Shown here one piece after another: positions 1 through 12,349 of a stretch of DNA of 31,552 nucleotides. How positions within the stretch are numbered: position 1 is the first letter of the stretch; every line of letters starts with the position of its first letter. The DNA is from Octopus sinensis (Eukaryota), in the NCBI RefSeq assembly GCF_006345805.1, contig NW_021834078.1, positions 1 through 31,552 of the forward strand, read 5' to 3'. Made by a program: the position numbers and the translations under genes. Below the pieces are notes generated by a model. It ran no database searches and was not told the origin of the DNA. It saw only the letters and a program-made list of their open reading frames with translations.

Positions 1-416
1 TCCACAACTTCTATTATAATTTCTTTATTGGCCTGGTACTGTTTTGTAATGGCTGAAATGGTTCATGTTATTGAATCAAATAACGAAAACCCTTTTCATG
101 TTCTGGAAACAATGAAACAAAAAAGTTCATGGCAAACATGGCAAGCAGAATCATAAGTTATTGATCCAGTAACTCGCTTTTATATATGAGCTGAAATAGG
201 AAATAAATATATTCTTCTATTGCATTTTGCTATCTATCTATCTATCTGCATGGAGATATTCCCACGCACGCAAGTACAAGCACGAAGTATGCACAGATAT
301 ATGCTAACAGACACTCATATATGTGAAAACACAGATACACACAAATCGAGTTGCACATATGCATACACGAATATTCACAAAGAGGTCGCTCTCCTTCTAT
401 GTGCTTCTATCCTATA

Positions 417-418
417 AG

Positions 419-513
<95 letters not shown>

Positions 514-545
514 CATGTGTGTGTGTATGTGTGTGTGTGTGTGTA
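417..545. repeat. (TA)n-(TG)n compound microsatellite
   Basis: Direct reading; it produces the YIYI/CVCV ORFs at 220-620. Confidence 0.95.
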
Positions 546-906
546 TATTTATGTATAATAAAGTTCGTTAGTAATTTTTTTAGCTTTCTAAAACGATTGA
601 AGCTAAATAATTTTATGTAAGGACATTATTATTATTATTACTATTATTATTTTTGTTTTGCGAAATTCTAGGGCAAATATATAAACCCTGAAAATCAAAC
701 AAATAACACGATTAATATATTTGTATTTTAATAACACGCATTTCAACCTCATAGATTTTGTCTGTGAAATTTTGAATATTAAACGTATTAAAGTATTTTA
801 ATCGGGTAGTTATGAAAGTCAGCTAAACTGAGAGGAAAGGCAACAACCAGTTCAAAATTTTATTTTAGTCAGAAAGTGATTAGAGAAACAAAGATTAAGT
901 GTTTTT

Positions 907-1110
907 GAAGGTGGTGATCAGGCGGAATCGTCTAGCACGACGGAAAACGTGGTTAGTAGTATTTCTTCCGGTTTTATGTTCTGAGTTCAAATTGCGCCGA
1001 AGATGACGTTATATTTCATCCTTTCAAGGTCGGTAAAATTTATGCCAGTTAAGCACTGGTGTCGATGTAATCATCTATTCTCTCCACAAAGATTCCAGGC
1101 CTTGTACGTA
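907..1110 (+). mobile_element. Diverged tRNA-derived SINE, family B (Deu/Nin-like core)
   Basis: Colinear with the copies at 25484, 30151 and 30888: head, TTCTGAGTTCAAATT B-box-like, TTTCATCCTTTCAAGGTCGGTAAA core, GGCCTTGT...TAGTAGAAA tail. Confidence 0.7.
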
Positions 1111-1578
1111 TAGTAGAAATTAAAAAATAATATTTTAGATTTGATTAAGATTGTGAAGACGATATTAATTTTGGTGTTTCTTCTTTTTACCTGAGATTTG
1201 ATGGCAGTTTATTGGTATATCAAGTAGCTGTCTTGTCCTTTTAATGTATCGTGTTGCAGAGTAATTTGGTTCCATCTTGTGCCGAGGGACTATACTTGTG
1301 TTCTGAGGTAAACAAGTTCGCGTGTAAATTACTTAATTCATTTTGCAGTTAGAAACCATTTGTTCTACACATCCGGATCCATTATTCACTTCTTTAAATT
1401 TTATTTAACAAATGAAGTTAAATTTCTTTTCTCGGGGATTTATTTTCTCTCCTTGTCTGTAATTACACCGTAACTTCAAATAACGTCGTTTTGGGTTGGG
1501 TTCTACAGTTGCTACATTCAGGTTCTTTGTCCGGCATAACTCTACTAAAAATTCCAAGCACTAAATTGAAATTGAAAA

Positions 1579-1620
1579 ATTGCACTGACGAAACATATCA
1601 GGTTGAAACGCACATGTGAA
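1579..1620 (+). ncRNA. Degenerate minimal type-I hammerhead-like motif (PLE-LTR type)
   Basis: TTGCA-CTGACGA(1585-91)-AAC atatcag GTT-GAAAC(1605-09)-GCACA-TGTGA followed by AATAAA; stems I and II pair, stem III decayed. Confidence 0.5.
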
Positions 1621-1669
1621 TAAAAATAGATTAATAATAAATATTTTCTCCTAGTTATCGATAATTCGC

Positions 1670-2525
1670 TAGAAAAAAATCGTTCTAACTTTTAGATCCA
1701 TTGTTTTAGGCATTCTTGATTTCGTATATACTTTTTCTTTTTTTGTGCTATATTCCTATAACATTCCTCAGTTTCTTTTATTTGGTTTTCTTTTATCGAT
1801 TTCATTGAAGATTAAAAGCGTTTTGCTTTTATATTTTTTCAGTTTTCCAAATCATTTGATTCGATTTTTTTTTGATATTCCTATATAAGTAGATCTGAGT
1901 GATAAACAATTTTCTTTGTAACTACTGTGGCTGCAGAATATATTATTTTGTTTGTCCTAGTGATATTGATGTTCGTGTCTGTTTTCACTAAATCTGTGAT
2001 TTCTTATTATAACTATTTCATCGTTAAATTTTATTCTTTGTATGTGCTTTCCTTGCTCTATATAAAAATCTTTATTTTATATTTATCTTATTTAACAATT
2101 TCCACCATCAGACTATTGTAATCTTGGTGGTTTCCATCTTTAGCTTTTTACTATTCTTAAATCCTTCTCATGTTCCCTCTTTTTACTATATATTATTTTT
2201 ACTGATTAGATTTTGTTTAGCGGTATTATATTAGTGTTGTACAGTTTTATTTTCTTATGTTTTGTTATTTGCTTTGTTTATTATGCACGTGTTTGGTCTA
2301 TCTTCTTGATTTACGCTCTCAATATTTTTATTGCATTTGTTTAACTTCCGTGTTATTTGTGTTTTCATTATTGAATCTTTATTTTAAGTGACCTATACAT
2401 ATGACCGATAAATATTTGGTTTTGTGAATTGTTTCTTTTTAATTGAATTATTCTGTTGAGATCCATAATTACTTCTAACTCAGGGTTAATTCTCCTCCAA
2501 ACTATATCTTTATGTTTTATCGTGT
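1670..2525 (-). mobile_element. Probable decayed 5' ORF region of an R4/Dong-type non-LTR retrotransposon
   Basis: A-rich minus strand with peptides WRRINPELE, TNKIIYSAATVVTK (1921-1957) and ECLKQWI*KLER, resembling R4/Dong N-terminal motifs from memory; many stops. Confidence 0.4.
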
Positions 2526-2527
2526 AT

Positions 2528-2958
2528 CTTTTACTTCTTTTAGTCAATTGGCTGCGGTCATACAGGGGCACCGCCTTAAAGATTCTTTAGTCGAATGAAT
2601 CGACCCCAGTACTTAAATTTTTAAAGCTTGGTACTTATCCTATCGGTCTCTTTTGCCGAACCGCCAATTACGGGGACGCAAGCATACTGACACCGGTTGT
2701 CAAGCGGTGGTAGGGGTACAGACATAAAGACACACGCATATATATTATATATATATATATATATTATATATATATATAATATATATATATTATACGACGG
2801 GCTTCTTTATGTTTCCGTCTACCTAATCCACTCACAAGGTTTGGCTGGCTAGAATCTATAGTAGAAGACACTTGTCCAAGGTGCCACGTAGTGGGACTGA
2901 ACCCGGAATCATGTAGTTGGGAAGCAAGTTTCTTACCACACAGTCACGCCTGCGCCTA
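2528..2958 (-). mobile_element. tRNA-derived SINE, family A, near full length with internal (TA)n
   Basis: Minus strand reads GGCGCAGGCGTGACTGTGTGGTAAGAAACTTGCTTCCCAAC...GGGTTCAGTCCCACT head, (TA)n middle and tail matching 18232-18402. Confidence 0.8.
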
Positions 2959-2986
2959 TAATATATATATACATAATACAACACAC

Positions 2987-3034
<48 letters not shown>

Positions 3035-3599
3035 CAGTGTACATTTAAACACACAAGAAGCATCCATCATAGGATTCCTTGCATACTAGAGAGGATAGTT
3101 AAATTCCAAACCACTATTAGGGATAAAATTTCGAAGAGACGTTTTTTAGCAAATAAAATAATTTGCTAGGCGAAGTTTTCTTCAGCCGGTACACCTTAGA
3201 TTAAACATATATACACGCGGCAATCCAGTATATGCCCTGTGCTTATGCATTCTAATTTTTCAAATCTACTGCGGAAGCGCAGCTCCTTGTCGGCAGTAAA
3301 TAAAATGCTGGCTTTTCAATTCAAAAATTTTTCAGAAAAATTATCAATAATTAATAATGAAGGAAATGGAATGAGGAAGGAAGTTAGAACAAGGTAAAAA
3401 GAAACTGTCGGTGTCAGTGAAATTGAAATAAAACAGAAACAATAACGAGTTCAGATTAGTGACGAGGAGCGTCTAAAGAGAATATGCCATTTTCTTATGG
3501 GACTGCATAAAATTCACTGTTTTAATAGAAAACAAGGAACAGGTAGAGTTAATTAACAAGCTGAAGGAAGAGTATGGACAATGGTGCGAATTTGATGAT

Positions 3600-3635
<36 letters not shown>

Positions 3636-4443
3636 ACGCACACAGTGTACTGTTTGCTTGTTGGTGGGTTACAAAAAAAAATTACTTAATCTAGCGAGAG
3701 ATAAGCATTATTTAATGAAAAACAGAGTTAGACATGAGCGGCTTCATGCAAGGTAGGTGCAGTGATCGGACGGTATTAAATAGTGTACCGTGAACGATCT
3801 GGAAATCATCTTAAAATTGCGATACAAGTCTGTCCAATTACTGCAATATCCATACATAACCCCTGTATTCATTAAACGACACACAGACACACATACACAC
3901 ACATGCCCACACACAAATATTTATATACATATATTCATATATATGTACACTTACATACACACACACACACATATATATATAGAGAGAAAAGACAGGAAGG
4001 TGTGGTAGATAAATAAAGGGGTGGAGCTTATGGTTATACATATAACCATTCTCAGGACATCAATATGAGCTGCGTTAATAATATAGGAATCATGTTAATA
4101 TAGTATAGACGTGAGTAGCAAATATATACCTACTTACGCACGCACGCACACGCGCAAAATACATGCACACATATACACACGCATGCACTCACATACACAC
4201 ATACACGCGCACACGCGCACACATGTCTGTATTGTGGTGACTAGTAGTAGACTAGATTTGTGTAAATTAGGTTTAAAATGTGATAGCCAGACAGAAAGTA
4301 GGCACTGCCATTAGGTTAGTGGTGTGGAGACGGTGGCGAGACTGGGGAGGTCGGTGGTTTGCTTAATTGCTGGTTGCAGTAGTGATAGTCGTAAAACCAT
4401 TGTTGAGTCGATTTAATAACGAATATTTGTAAGTTGGAGAACA

Positions 4444-4780
4444 ATATGTATATATATATAATATATATATATATATTATATATATATATATATGTGGTAT
4501 ATATATATATGTATATATATGCATATCTTGTATATTATTATACATATATATATATGTATGTATATATATATGTATATTGTATATATATACATATACATAC
4601 ATATATACATATATACATATGTATATATATATATGTATATATATATTTTTATACATATACATACACTTATAATATGTGTATACATATATATATCTAATAT
4701 ATGTATACACCACAACACACATACACACACACACACATATATATATATATTACAGATATATATATATATATATATATGTA
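4444..4780. repeat. (TA)n/(TACA)n low-complexity tract
   Basis: Direct reading. Confidence 0.9.
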
Positions 4781-4821
4781 CTCAATACATAGCAGAGTAA
4801 ATTAATTTATTTTATAGAAGG

Positions 4822-4871
4822 AGCTTCTACAGGACTAGAACGGTTTCATTCAAAGAAATCATCAGGAAGCT
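4822..4871 (-). ncRNA. Type-I hammerhead-like motif (left arm copy)
   Basis: Minus strand AGCTTC-CTGATGA-TTTCTTTGAAT-GAAACCG-TTCTAGTC-CTGTA-GAAGCT; one mismatch in stem III. Confidence 0.55.
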
Positions 4872-5037
4872 AGGTGACAAGATAGTTTTTTGGCATTTAT
4901 ACATTTAGGCAGTTTAAAGGGTGGTGGTGGGGGACTTTTTGGGGTAGGCATGGCGCCATGCCTACCCCAAAAAGTCCCCCACCATCACCCCTTTAAACCT
5001 GCCTAAATGTATAATGCCAAAACTATTCTTGTCACCT

Positions 5038-5088
5038 AGCTTCCTGATGATTTCTTTTGAATGAAACAGTTCTAGTCCTGTAGAAGCT
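5038..5088 (+). ncRNA. Type-I hammerhead ribozyme-like motif (right arm copy)
   Basis: Stem I AGCTTC/GAAGCT, CTGATGA 5044-50, weak stem II TTC/GAA with U.U closure, GAA, stem III ACAG/CTGT, predicted GUA cleavage after 5082. Confidence 0.65.
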
Positions 5089-5560
5089 CCTTCTATAAAA
5101 TAAATGTATATATATATATAGATATATAATATATATACATACATATACACATACACACACACATATATATATACGTATACATACATGTCTGTCTGTATGT
5201 ATGTTATTTAATTTTATTTCTAGAATTCTTACCAATGGAGAAAGAGCCGGTTTCTATCTTGGATCTGAGGCTCCTTCAATGGAACTTCAATAACAGGAAC
5301 GTAGAAGTTGTACATGCTTGTGTGTATATGTGCAAATATTTGGAGTGCATGGAGACACACACACATACATACATACACACACATACACACATACACACAC
5401 ACACAAACACACGTCGGGAATTGAAAAAGATCAAAACATAGCAGTGGCTGGAAATTATATTTTGCGATACTTCAGAGTGAAGGCTCATGCCGTAGGAAGA
5501 ATAATGTAGACGATAGAATATTAAATGCAGAATAACTATATATATATATATATATATATA

Positions 5561-5599
<39 letters not shown>

Positions 5600-5676
5600 C
5601 ATACATATATATCTATCTGTTTATACAGATACGTATGTAAATATACATATATATGCATTAAATAATGTAATATATA

Positions 5677-5714
<38 letters not shown>

Positions 5715-5720
5715 TCACAC

Positions 5721-5777
<57 letters not shown>

Positions 5778-6401
5778 ATATATATACTATATATATATAT
5801 GTGCATGTATGCGTAACAGATTAGAAGAGATGGAAGAAGTATAGGCTGTTTTCTAGTCGTTGAAATTTGTTTTTCTTGTCCACTTTAGTCATCGTTTGGC
5901 AGAAGTCACGCAAACCGAGCGCAGCCTTTTGAGTGTTCCGAATTATAGCTTTTATTGATGCTTAAAAGACTTGGGAAGGTCTTCATGTAAGAGATTCGTA
6001 TAAAAGTTTAAACAGTAATATATTTATAATACATTCCTGAGCAAATGCATTTAGTAGTTGTAGTCAGTCGCGTGACTTTGCAACGTTGCTCAGTGTTAAG
6101 GGTATACTTCTTTTGGCAGATGAAGTTTGTGCATTTTGTGTGAAAAAAAAGCATCTCACAAAACTTGAAAGGTCACAGCGTATAACTAGTTCGTGAGAAT
6201 TGTATTTGTACATGCATGTATATGTGTATGTGTGCATGTGTGCATACACAGCTTTCATTTATTAATCAATAAGAAGTGTATATCGGTTTGCATTTATTCA
6301 TCAGAACAGCCTGTTGATGTAATATCACTGCTACATGCTAATTCTAGCCCACAAAATATCGGTCAAGAGTTCACGTTTTGTATAATAGTTTCTTGCTAAA
6401 C

Positions 6402-7060
6402 AAACGCCTAACAGAATTCAAAGAATTTCTACTGTAATAATTTCTACTATAATAACAAAAATACTCATCTCTACCTATAGAAAATGGTATACAGCATGCT
6501 ATAGAAATACCCATACAACTAAGGGCAACCAAGAAAGAGGAAAAGAAGAACAGGTCATACCATTTATAGTGACACACAACCTGTGCCACTAAGATATTTT
6601 TAGCATTGCCAAAGTAAACTTGCCGATCGATGCTCACAATAAAGAATTAAAATATATAATCATGGATCTAAGTAAAAGGCAGCCGAGGAACTTGAAACAA
6701 TTATTAACAAAGGCACAGTTTGATCTAAGCAACAATGACGGATCCTTCACTGTATCTGAATGCAAAAATATTCGATGTGGTACATGTCATTTCATACATG
6801 CCGGTCAATATACGAACACAAAAACCGGAAGAATGTTTGCAAGTGGAAATATGAACTACAAAACCAGAAATTCAATTTACTGCATCAAATGCCCGAATTG
6901 TGAAGAGATATACGTTGGTCAGACTGGGATTGCATTATCAGAACGTTCACGTGTGAAATGATAGCAAATTAGGGACCTTGATGTTCATCAGATCCCTTTA
7001 AGCAACCATCTGGCAACATGTGATCTGAAAAAAGAAAAATTTTACCCCGTTTTAAATGGA
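6402..7060 (+). mobile_element. Penelope-like element fragment: RT-thumb/linker plus GIY-YIG endonuclease (pseudogenised)
   Basis: KRLTEFKEFL, QKYSSLPIENGIQHA..IPFIVTHN, SKRQPRNLKQLLTKAQF, CKNIRCGTC, IYCIKCPNCEEIYVGQTG..LSER, then after stops QIRDLDVHQIPLSNHLATC. Confidence 0.88.
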
Positions 7061-7593
7061 CAATAATAATGATAATAACAGTTATCGTAACAGTGATAAT
7101 TGTAATGATAATAATAATAATAATAAGTACTACTGCTCTTATTACTACTTCCATCGCCTCCTCTAACAACAATAATAAAGGCGATAGTGAGGATGGTGGT
7201 AGTGTTAACCATATTAACATTGACTTTCTAGAAAATGGCAACAGAATTCTAATGAACACAGGAATTTCTTTACAATATAATATATATATATAATATATAT
7301 ATATATATTATATATATTATATATATTATATATATATATATAATATATATATATACAAAAGATTATTATGGAAGGATCATAACTATTGTTTAGGATATTC
7401 AATTATTCCTTTAGGTGCGGTCAAAGTAAAGAATCATTGACGTGCCCACTAAACCGAGACATTTAAGCCACATACTGATTGGTCAAAATACAGTTTGTAA
7501 AATTCAGCCTTCTGGAGCCCATGGCAGGGAATTTAAAGGATAAATCTAACCATTTCACTACAATTGTCAATGGTGGAACATGACTGCCACTAC

Positions 7594-7636
7594 ATAAAAC
7601 TGACGATTGCTTAACGCATAGAAGTATTAGTTTATT
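7594..7636 (+). ncRNA. Heavily decayed hammerhead-like motif
   Basis: ATAAAA-CTGACGA-T TGC ttaac GCA-..GAAG..-TTTTAT; stems I and II pair, but the GAAA and cleavage triplet are mutated. Confidence 0.3.
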
Positions 7637-7706
7637 TCAATATTGTAAAATTGTTAAAATTGTAAATAATAAAACGTGAAAATCAGAGTTGGAATTTCAT
7701 TGATTA

Positions 7707-7719
7707 ACACACACATACA

Positions 7720-7780
<61 letters not shown>

Positions 7781-7830
7781 GCACACACACACACACACAT
7801 GCACACACACACACACATACACACACATAC
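7707..7830. repeat. (CA)n microsatellite
   Basis: Direct reading. Confidence 0.95.
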
Positions 7831-8275
7831 CTATATATGGAGGAATCATTAATACTATAGTCAATTACATCCATTCCAGAGGTTCCTGCAAAGGTAACCA
7901 TATCAATCAATGGTATTTTCCTCACACCACGGCCTAACTATATTGACAGAGAAGGCAAGAATATCCACGAGAAATTAAATGTCTCACAATACAAGGCATT
8001 AATGCTTACATGAATATAGTTCGACCGATCAGATCAACTGGTGTGCAATCGAATAACGGTAGACTTGAAAGTAGGTTTTGTGAATTTTTTCCACCGAATA
8101 GTCCTGCCGAACCTTCTAGAATCTAGATTCTTGACTGAATGTTATAAAAAGCTGGGATACTGAACAGCCAAATAGAACAACCTCAGGTGTTACACAAAAC
8201 CCCGTCGGTCAGTTCTGTACTATGCTATCATTCTTTACTCGTATTCTGTCAATAATAACCATGAACGAATTTCAT

Positions 8276-8333
8276 ATGAATAACTATTCATATGAATAAC
8301 TATTCATATGAATAACTATTCATATGAATAACT
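8276..8333. repeat. 16-bp tandem repeat ATGAATAACTATTCAT x3.6
   Basis: Three exact units plus a partial unit; degenerate units on both sides. Confidence 0.9.
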
Positions 8334-8994
8334 GCAAATTTCATAAGAATAACATATGGGTATCTTATGCAATGAAGCGTTTTAACTATCAAATGAAAAT
8401 ATTCCTGATAATACAAATTATGGAAATTCATATAAATATTAATATGGTCGTACTGATCCCTATACGCAGCCAACCTAATATTGTGTAATACTAAGTGCTT
8501 AATGACCAGATTTACTAAAACTGTAATTAATTTTTTAAAGTTTTCTGGTAAAATAATTCAAGATTACGAATCGTATTTTAAAAAATTCTACAACTGAAAT
8601 CGTACAATAATTTCTTTTCAAAATGTTTAAATTTGAGTTCACGCTCCTTCGCATAATTGTTAATATAGCGCATTTTATATTATGAGAATAACTACATATC
8701 AGTCTAGCTTCGATCGACATGAAGACTTCAACGTTTTAACGACAATCAGAAGACAAATGTTATGCTGGAAGCCACACCCTATATGTATTGTCCAGCTTCT
8801 CAGACGGATTCCGTTTTTGGATCAAGGTAATCGAATTTGCAGTTTTTCCAATAAAGACTTTCGTTGTGTAGTTTTGAAAAAAATATTTGTAGGGCGTTCG
8901 ACGTCAGAAAAGTATTCTTAATCGATGCTTAAGACTCCTGTACAGTTCACTCATTTCGATATATATATGCCATAAACTGTTGTTACTGTCGTTG

Positions 8995-9160
8995 TTATTG
9001 TTTGGCCCCAAACTGCTGGTGTTGTTTGGTCACAAAACTGCTGGTGTTGTTTGGCCCCAAACCGCTGGTATTGTTTGGCACAAAACTGCTGATGTTGCTT
9101 GGCCCAAACCTACTGGTGTTGATGTTTGGCCCGAAACTGTTGGTGTTGTTTAGCCCAAAA
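8995..9160. repeat. ~24-25-bp minisatellite (GTTGTTTGGCCCCAAACTGCTGGT) about 7 copies
   Basis: Direct reading of the diverged tandem units. Confidence 0.85.
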
Positions 9161-9729
9161 TGACGCCCTGATACATGGTGCGATTAAAGGAATTTCTAGC
9201 AGCGACCATCCTATCTTTTCGAATTAAATATATGACAAATCTAGAGGTAAATAATTTAATGCGTTCTTCCTGACTTTAGATTTTAGGATAGTAGGATACG
9301 ATTTGAAGGGAATTTAGCTGTTATTTCTAGAAGAATGAGAAGCCTCATAGTGTTTCCGATTTTTTTTACTAGTTGCTGTTGCTTTAGTCAATGATGCTGA
9401 TGAAGATGATGATGATGATGATGATATTGATGATGTTGATGAGATGATAAGAACAATTGTAGCTGTAATAATTTTCATATAATATAAACAGAAAGACAAT
9501 CAGAATAAACACAAAATCACGAGACAAAACTGAAAATAAACAGAAACTGAAAAGACAAGGACAAATAAACAACAGAAAAAGTCAATTTGTGGTTATTGTT
9601 TATCTTGATGTGGGTGTCTTGTCCGTTATAATACGTGACGAAATGGATGCATCGACTCGTCATAGACGTACAGTAATCATAATAGCATGCAGGACTTATA
9701 TATTAAGATAAACATACAAGAAAATATTC

Positions 9730-9743
9730 TGTCTGTCTGTCTG

Positions 9744-9823
<80 letters not shown>

Positions 9824-9840
9824 TTATCTATCTATCCATT
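9730..9840. repeat. (TCTG)n-(TCTA)n compound microsatellite
   Basis: Direct reading. Confidence 0.95.
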
Positions 9841-9990
9841 AGTATATTTAATAGTATATAACTATATTTATAGATTCGCAGATAGAAATGATAAGACAAT
9901 CTCAACTCTTCAAGTTATGAAAATATCGAAGAAAAAAAGAAGACTGCTTTGTGAGTGACGATAACATACATACACCTATATCTATATCGA

Positions 9991-10043
<53 letters not shown>

Positions 10044-10068
10044 CTATCTATCTCTTTCCATATATATA

Positions 10069-10110
<42 letters not shown>

Positions 10111-10329
10111 TACACATACGCGCACACGCAATTATGCACACACACAGGCAAATTTTTCAATTGTTTCGCAAGACATTTGATTTGATGTGAAATTCTGTAT
10201 TGAAAGATGTATTCTGCACTTTGGGAGAGACAGTTTTTACCTGTCAGTTTTATTATAGATTTATTAATTAGGTAATTAACAAATAAACGAATTTCATCTT
10301 GATGTTGTCTATCAAATTACCATGTTTGT

Positions 10330-10620
10330 CTTTGGTATGTTGGTGCAAAACTGATAAACATCGATGCTTGTTCGTTATTACTTTATTCGCACCAATGTTA
10401 TCTTAGTCTTTCACCTAAGCTACGAGCCTTTTCCCCAAAAGGAGCTGAAGCAGTGGCCTTACACTGTTCTTCCTTGCATCTCACATGATATAATCTTTCT
10501 CTCTTATAGTTTTATAGTTTCCCCGTGGGTTTGTTTTCATAATCTTGCAGTTGTTATGGTTACGGGGTTTTTAAAAATAGTTTTAGTTCTACTGATTATT
10601 AATCTTATGGGTCTCTCCAG
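10330..10620 (-). mobile_element. Decayed Penelope-like GIY-YIG fragment
   Basis: Minus frame YHVRCKEEQCKATASAPFGEKARSLGERLR*H fits the YxIxCxxCxx..YxGETxRxLxxRxxEH pattern. Confidence 0.5.
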
Positions 10621-11400
10621 TTATTCTATATCCTTCACTCTAAGCTTCATTTCATATAAAGTTTTTCTAAACTTGTAACTAAACATAACTTCCTGTAAAT
10701 TTTAGTCAATCCAAGATGCATGTGTTTGGCTCACTAACTTCATATTCCAAACGAAGTGTTTTTTAAAATTTATATTTAACTCTTGTTTATAGTTTTCAGC
10801 ATGTATCTTCGGAATTCTTTATAAGGTGGTTGTGTTATCAACTAAGGTTTTTTTCTGTCCTGTTTTGTATTCATTGTATTCAACGAATTCGTTGCGAGAG
10901 ATATATCGGAAGAGACTTAGAACTAGAAGAAGACTTAGAACAACTCCATTTACAAATTCTACATCCAACGAAATTCAATTGAATATTCGGATTGACATAA
11001 CTACTTAGTTTTTGGATAGAAACGTTGGAATAAGGCATAATTCAGATAGCATATCTGTATAGATGACAAACACTAACAAACGCCTCTATATGAAAACAGA
11101 AATAATGAGAGTCTTTATAGATATAAAATGCTGGTAGTAAAATGCTTTGCTAAGAAGAACCTATATATATTCTCATCTTTAAATGGCATTTTTAAACAGA
11201 AATAAAAAAGAATCAAACAAAGTTTTCTTAAAACCACAGCTGGAACATGGTATCAGATCAAAATATAGAGCAATATAAAAAAAAATTCCTTTCACAGATA
11301 CATCGAATACAAACAAACCGCCCATTACAGTATGGAGTAAATGAATCCCGGATTTGAATATCATAATGTCAATATCATAAAATATAAAACAAAAGAAATA

Positions 11401-11545
11401 GTACATTATTTACATTATTTACATTTGACGGATCTTTGTCCTCATCTTGTTTGCTGTTAACACAATGTTTCGGCTGATATACCCTCGAGCTTTCATTAGG
11501 TGTCTTGGGGGAAATTTCGAACCTAGGTTCTCATTCCTAAGGTAT
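11401..11545 (-). mobile_element. Inverted copy of the hammerhead-bearing tail found at 12364-12493
   Basis: Reverse complement aligns to 12364-12493; motif at 11459-11504 reads GACAC-CTAATGA-AAGCTC..CAGCC-GAAACATT-GTGTT. Confidence 0.85.
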
Positions 11546-11615
11546 ATGGCGTAGTGGTTAAGTGCACGGGCTTCTAACCCCAAGATTCCGAGTTCGATTT
11601 CAGACAGTAACCTGA
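11546..11615 (+). mobile_element. tRNA-like SINE head (Pol III A and B boxes)
   Basis: TGGCGTAGTGG (11547-57) A box and GAGTTCGATTTC (~11590-11601) B box; no complete cloverleaf or CCA end. Confidence 0.75.
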
Positions 11616-11624
11616 CTAATAATG

Positions 11625-11691
<67 letters not shown>

Positions 11692-11712
11692 CGATAATAA
11701 TAATAATAATAT

Positions 11713-11770
<58 letters not shown>
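11616..11770. repeat. (TAA)n microsatellite
   Basis: Direct reading. Confidence 0.97.
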
Positions 11771-11771
<1 letters not shown>

Positions 11772-11773
11772 TA

Positions 11774-12330
11774 AGGACTTTCCAGTACATACTGGCCGAA
11801 CCATCAGGACTTTCCAGTACATACAGACCGAACCATCAAGGCCAATAAACCAGATATTATTGTGAAAGACCAAAACAATAAAGTTTGCTTATTGATCGAC
11901 ATGAGCATCCCCTGTGATCATAATATCTCAGCGAAAGAGTTTGACAAGCTCAGAAAATATAAAGACCTACTCATTGAAATTGAGAAAATGTGGCATCTCA
12001 AGGCGGTTACAATACCAGTGATCGTAGGAACACTAGGAATGATCAAGAAGGGAACCGAAAATTACATGAGAATGATCCCTGGCTTACCATCCCTGCAAGA
12101 AGTGTAAAAGATTGTCTTAACTGTACATCACACGTATTGAGAAAGCATTGTCGATGTGAGAACTGTTGCTGCTCATGTATTTTAATTTAATAACTTAAAA
12201 AAAAAAAAATGAACGAACTATTGAGTTTGGTTTAATGACCTACCAATGTATACTATGAGTTTCTTTGCCCTAGAAGTCGGGAAGACACTCGGCAAGAAAT
12301 GGAAGCAAATTTGAAAGAAGAAAAAAAAAG
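11774..12330 (+). mobile_element. 5'-truncated R4/Dong-clade non-LTR retrotransposon 3' end (restriction-like endonuclease domain plus 3' UTR)
   Basis: DFPVHTDRTIKANKPDIIVKD..LLIDMSIPCDHNISAKEFDKLRKYKDL..EIEKMW..PVIVGTLG (PD..D-type RLE); stop and frameshift before the KIVL/TSHVLRK end; (TAA)n on both sides. Confidence 0.85.
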
Positions 12331-12349
12331 TAATAATAATAATAATAAT

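Larger units (their letters stand above)
4805..5105. repeat. ~300-bp zero-loop palindrome (fold-back) flanked by (TA)n
   Basis: Centre CATGGC|GCCATG at 4954/4955; ~150-bp arms differ by 2 substitutions and about 6 homopolymer-length indels (manual alignment). Confidence 0.95.

Noticed and set aside
5233-5315. Minus-strand mini-ORF MYNFYVPVIEVPLKEPQIQDRNRLFLH ending at a GTAAGA donor
   Set aside because: No convincing acceptor or promoter and no recognisable homology; could be chance.
8703-8826. Plus-strand candidate exon ending AAG|GTAATC
   Set aside because: The acceptor lacks a polypyrimidine tract and the peptide is unrecognisable.
8995-9160. CRISPR-like array
   Set aside because: The repeats are contiguous with no unique spacers, and the context is eukaryotic.
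10590-10812. PKIH and PIRLIIS peptides as PLE RT N-terminal motifs
   Set aside because: They are ~190 nt apart, whereas in PLEs they are only a few residues apart; uncertain.
11546-11615. Possible tRNA gene
   Set aside because: It has A/B boxes only, no full acceptor stem, and runs into (TAA)n; it is a SINE head.
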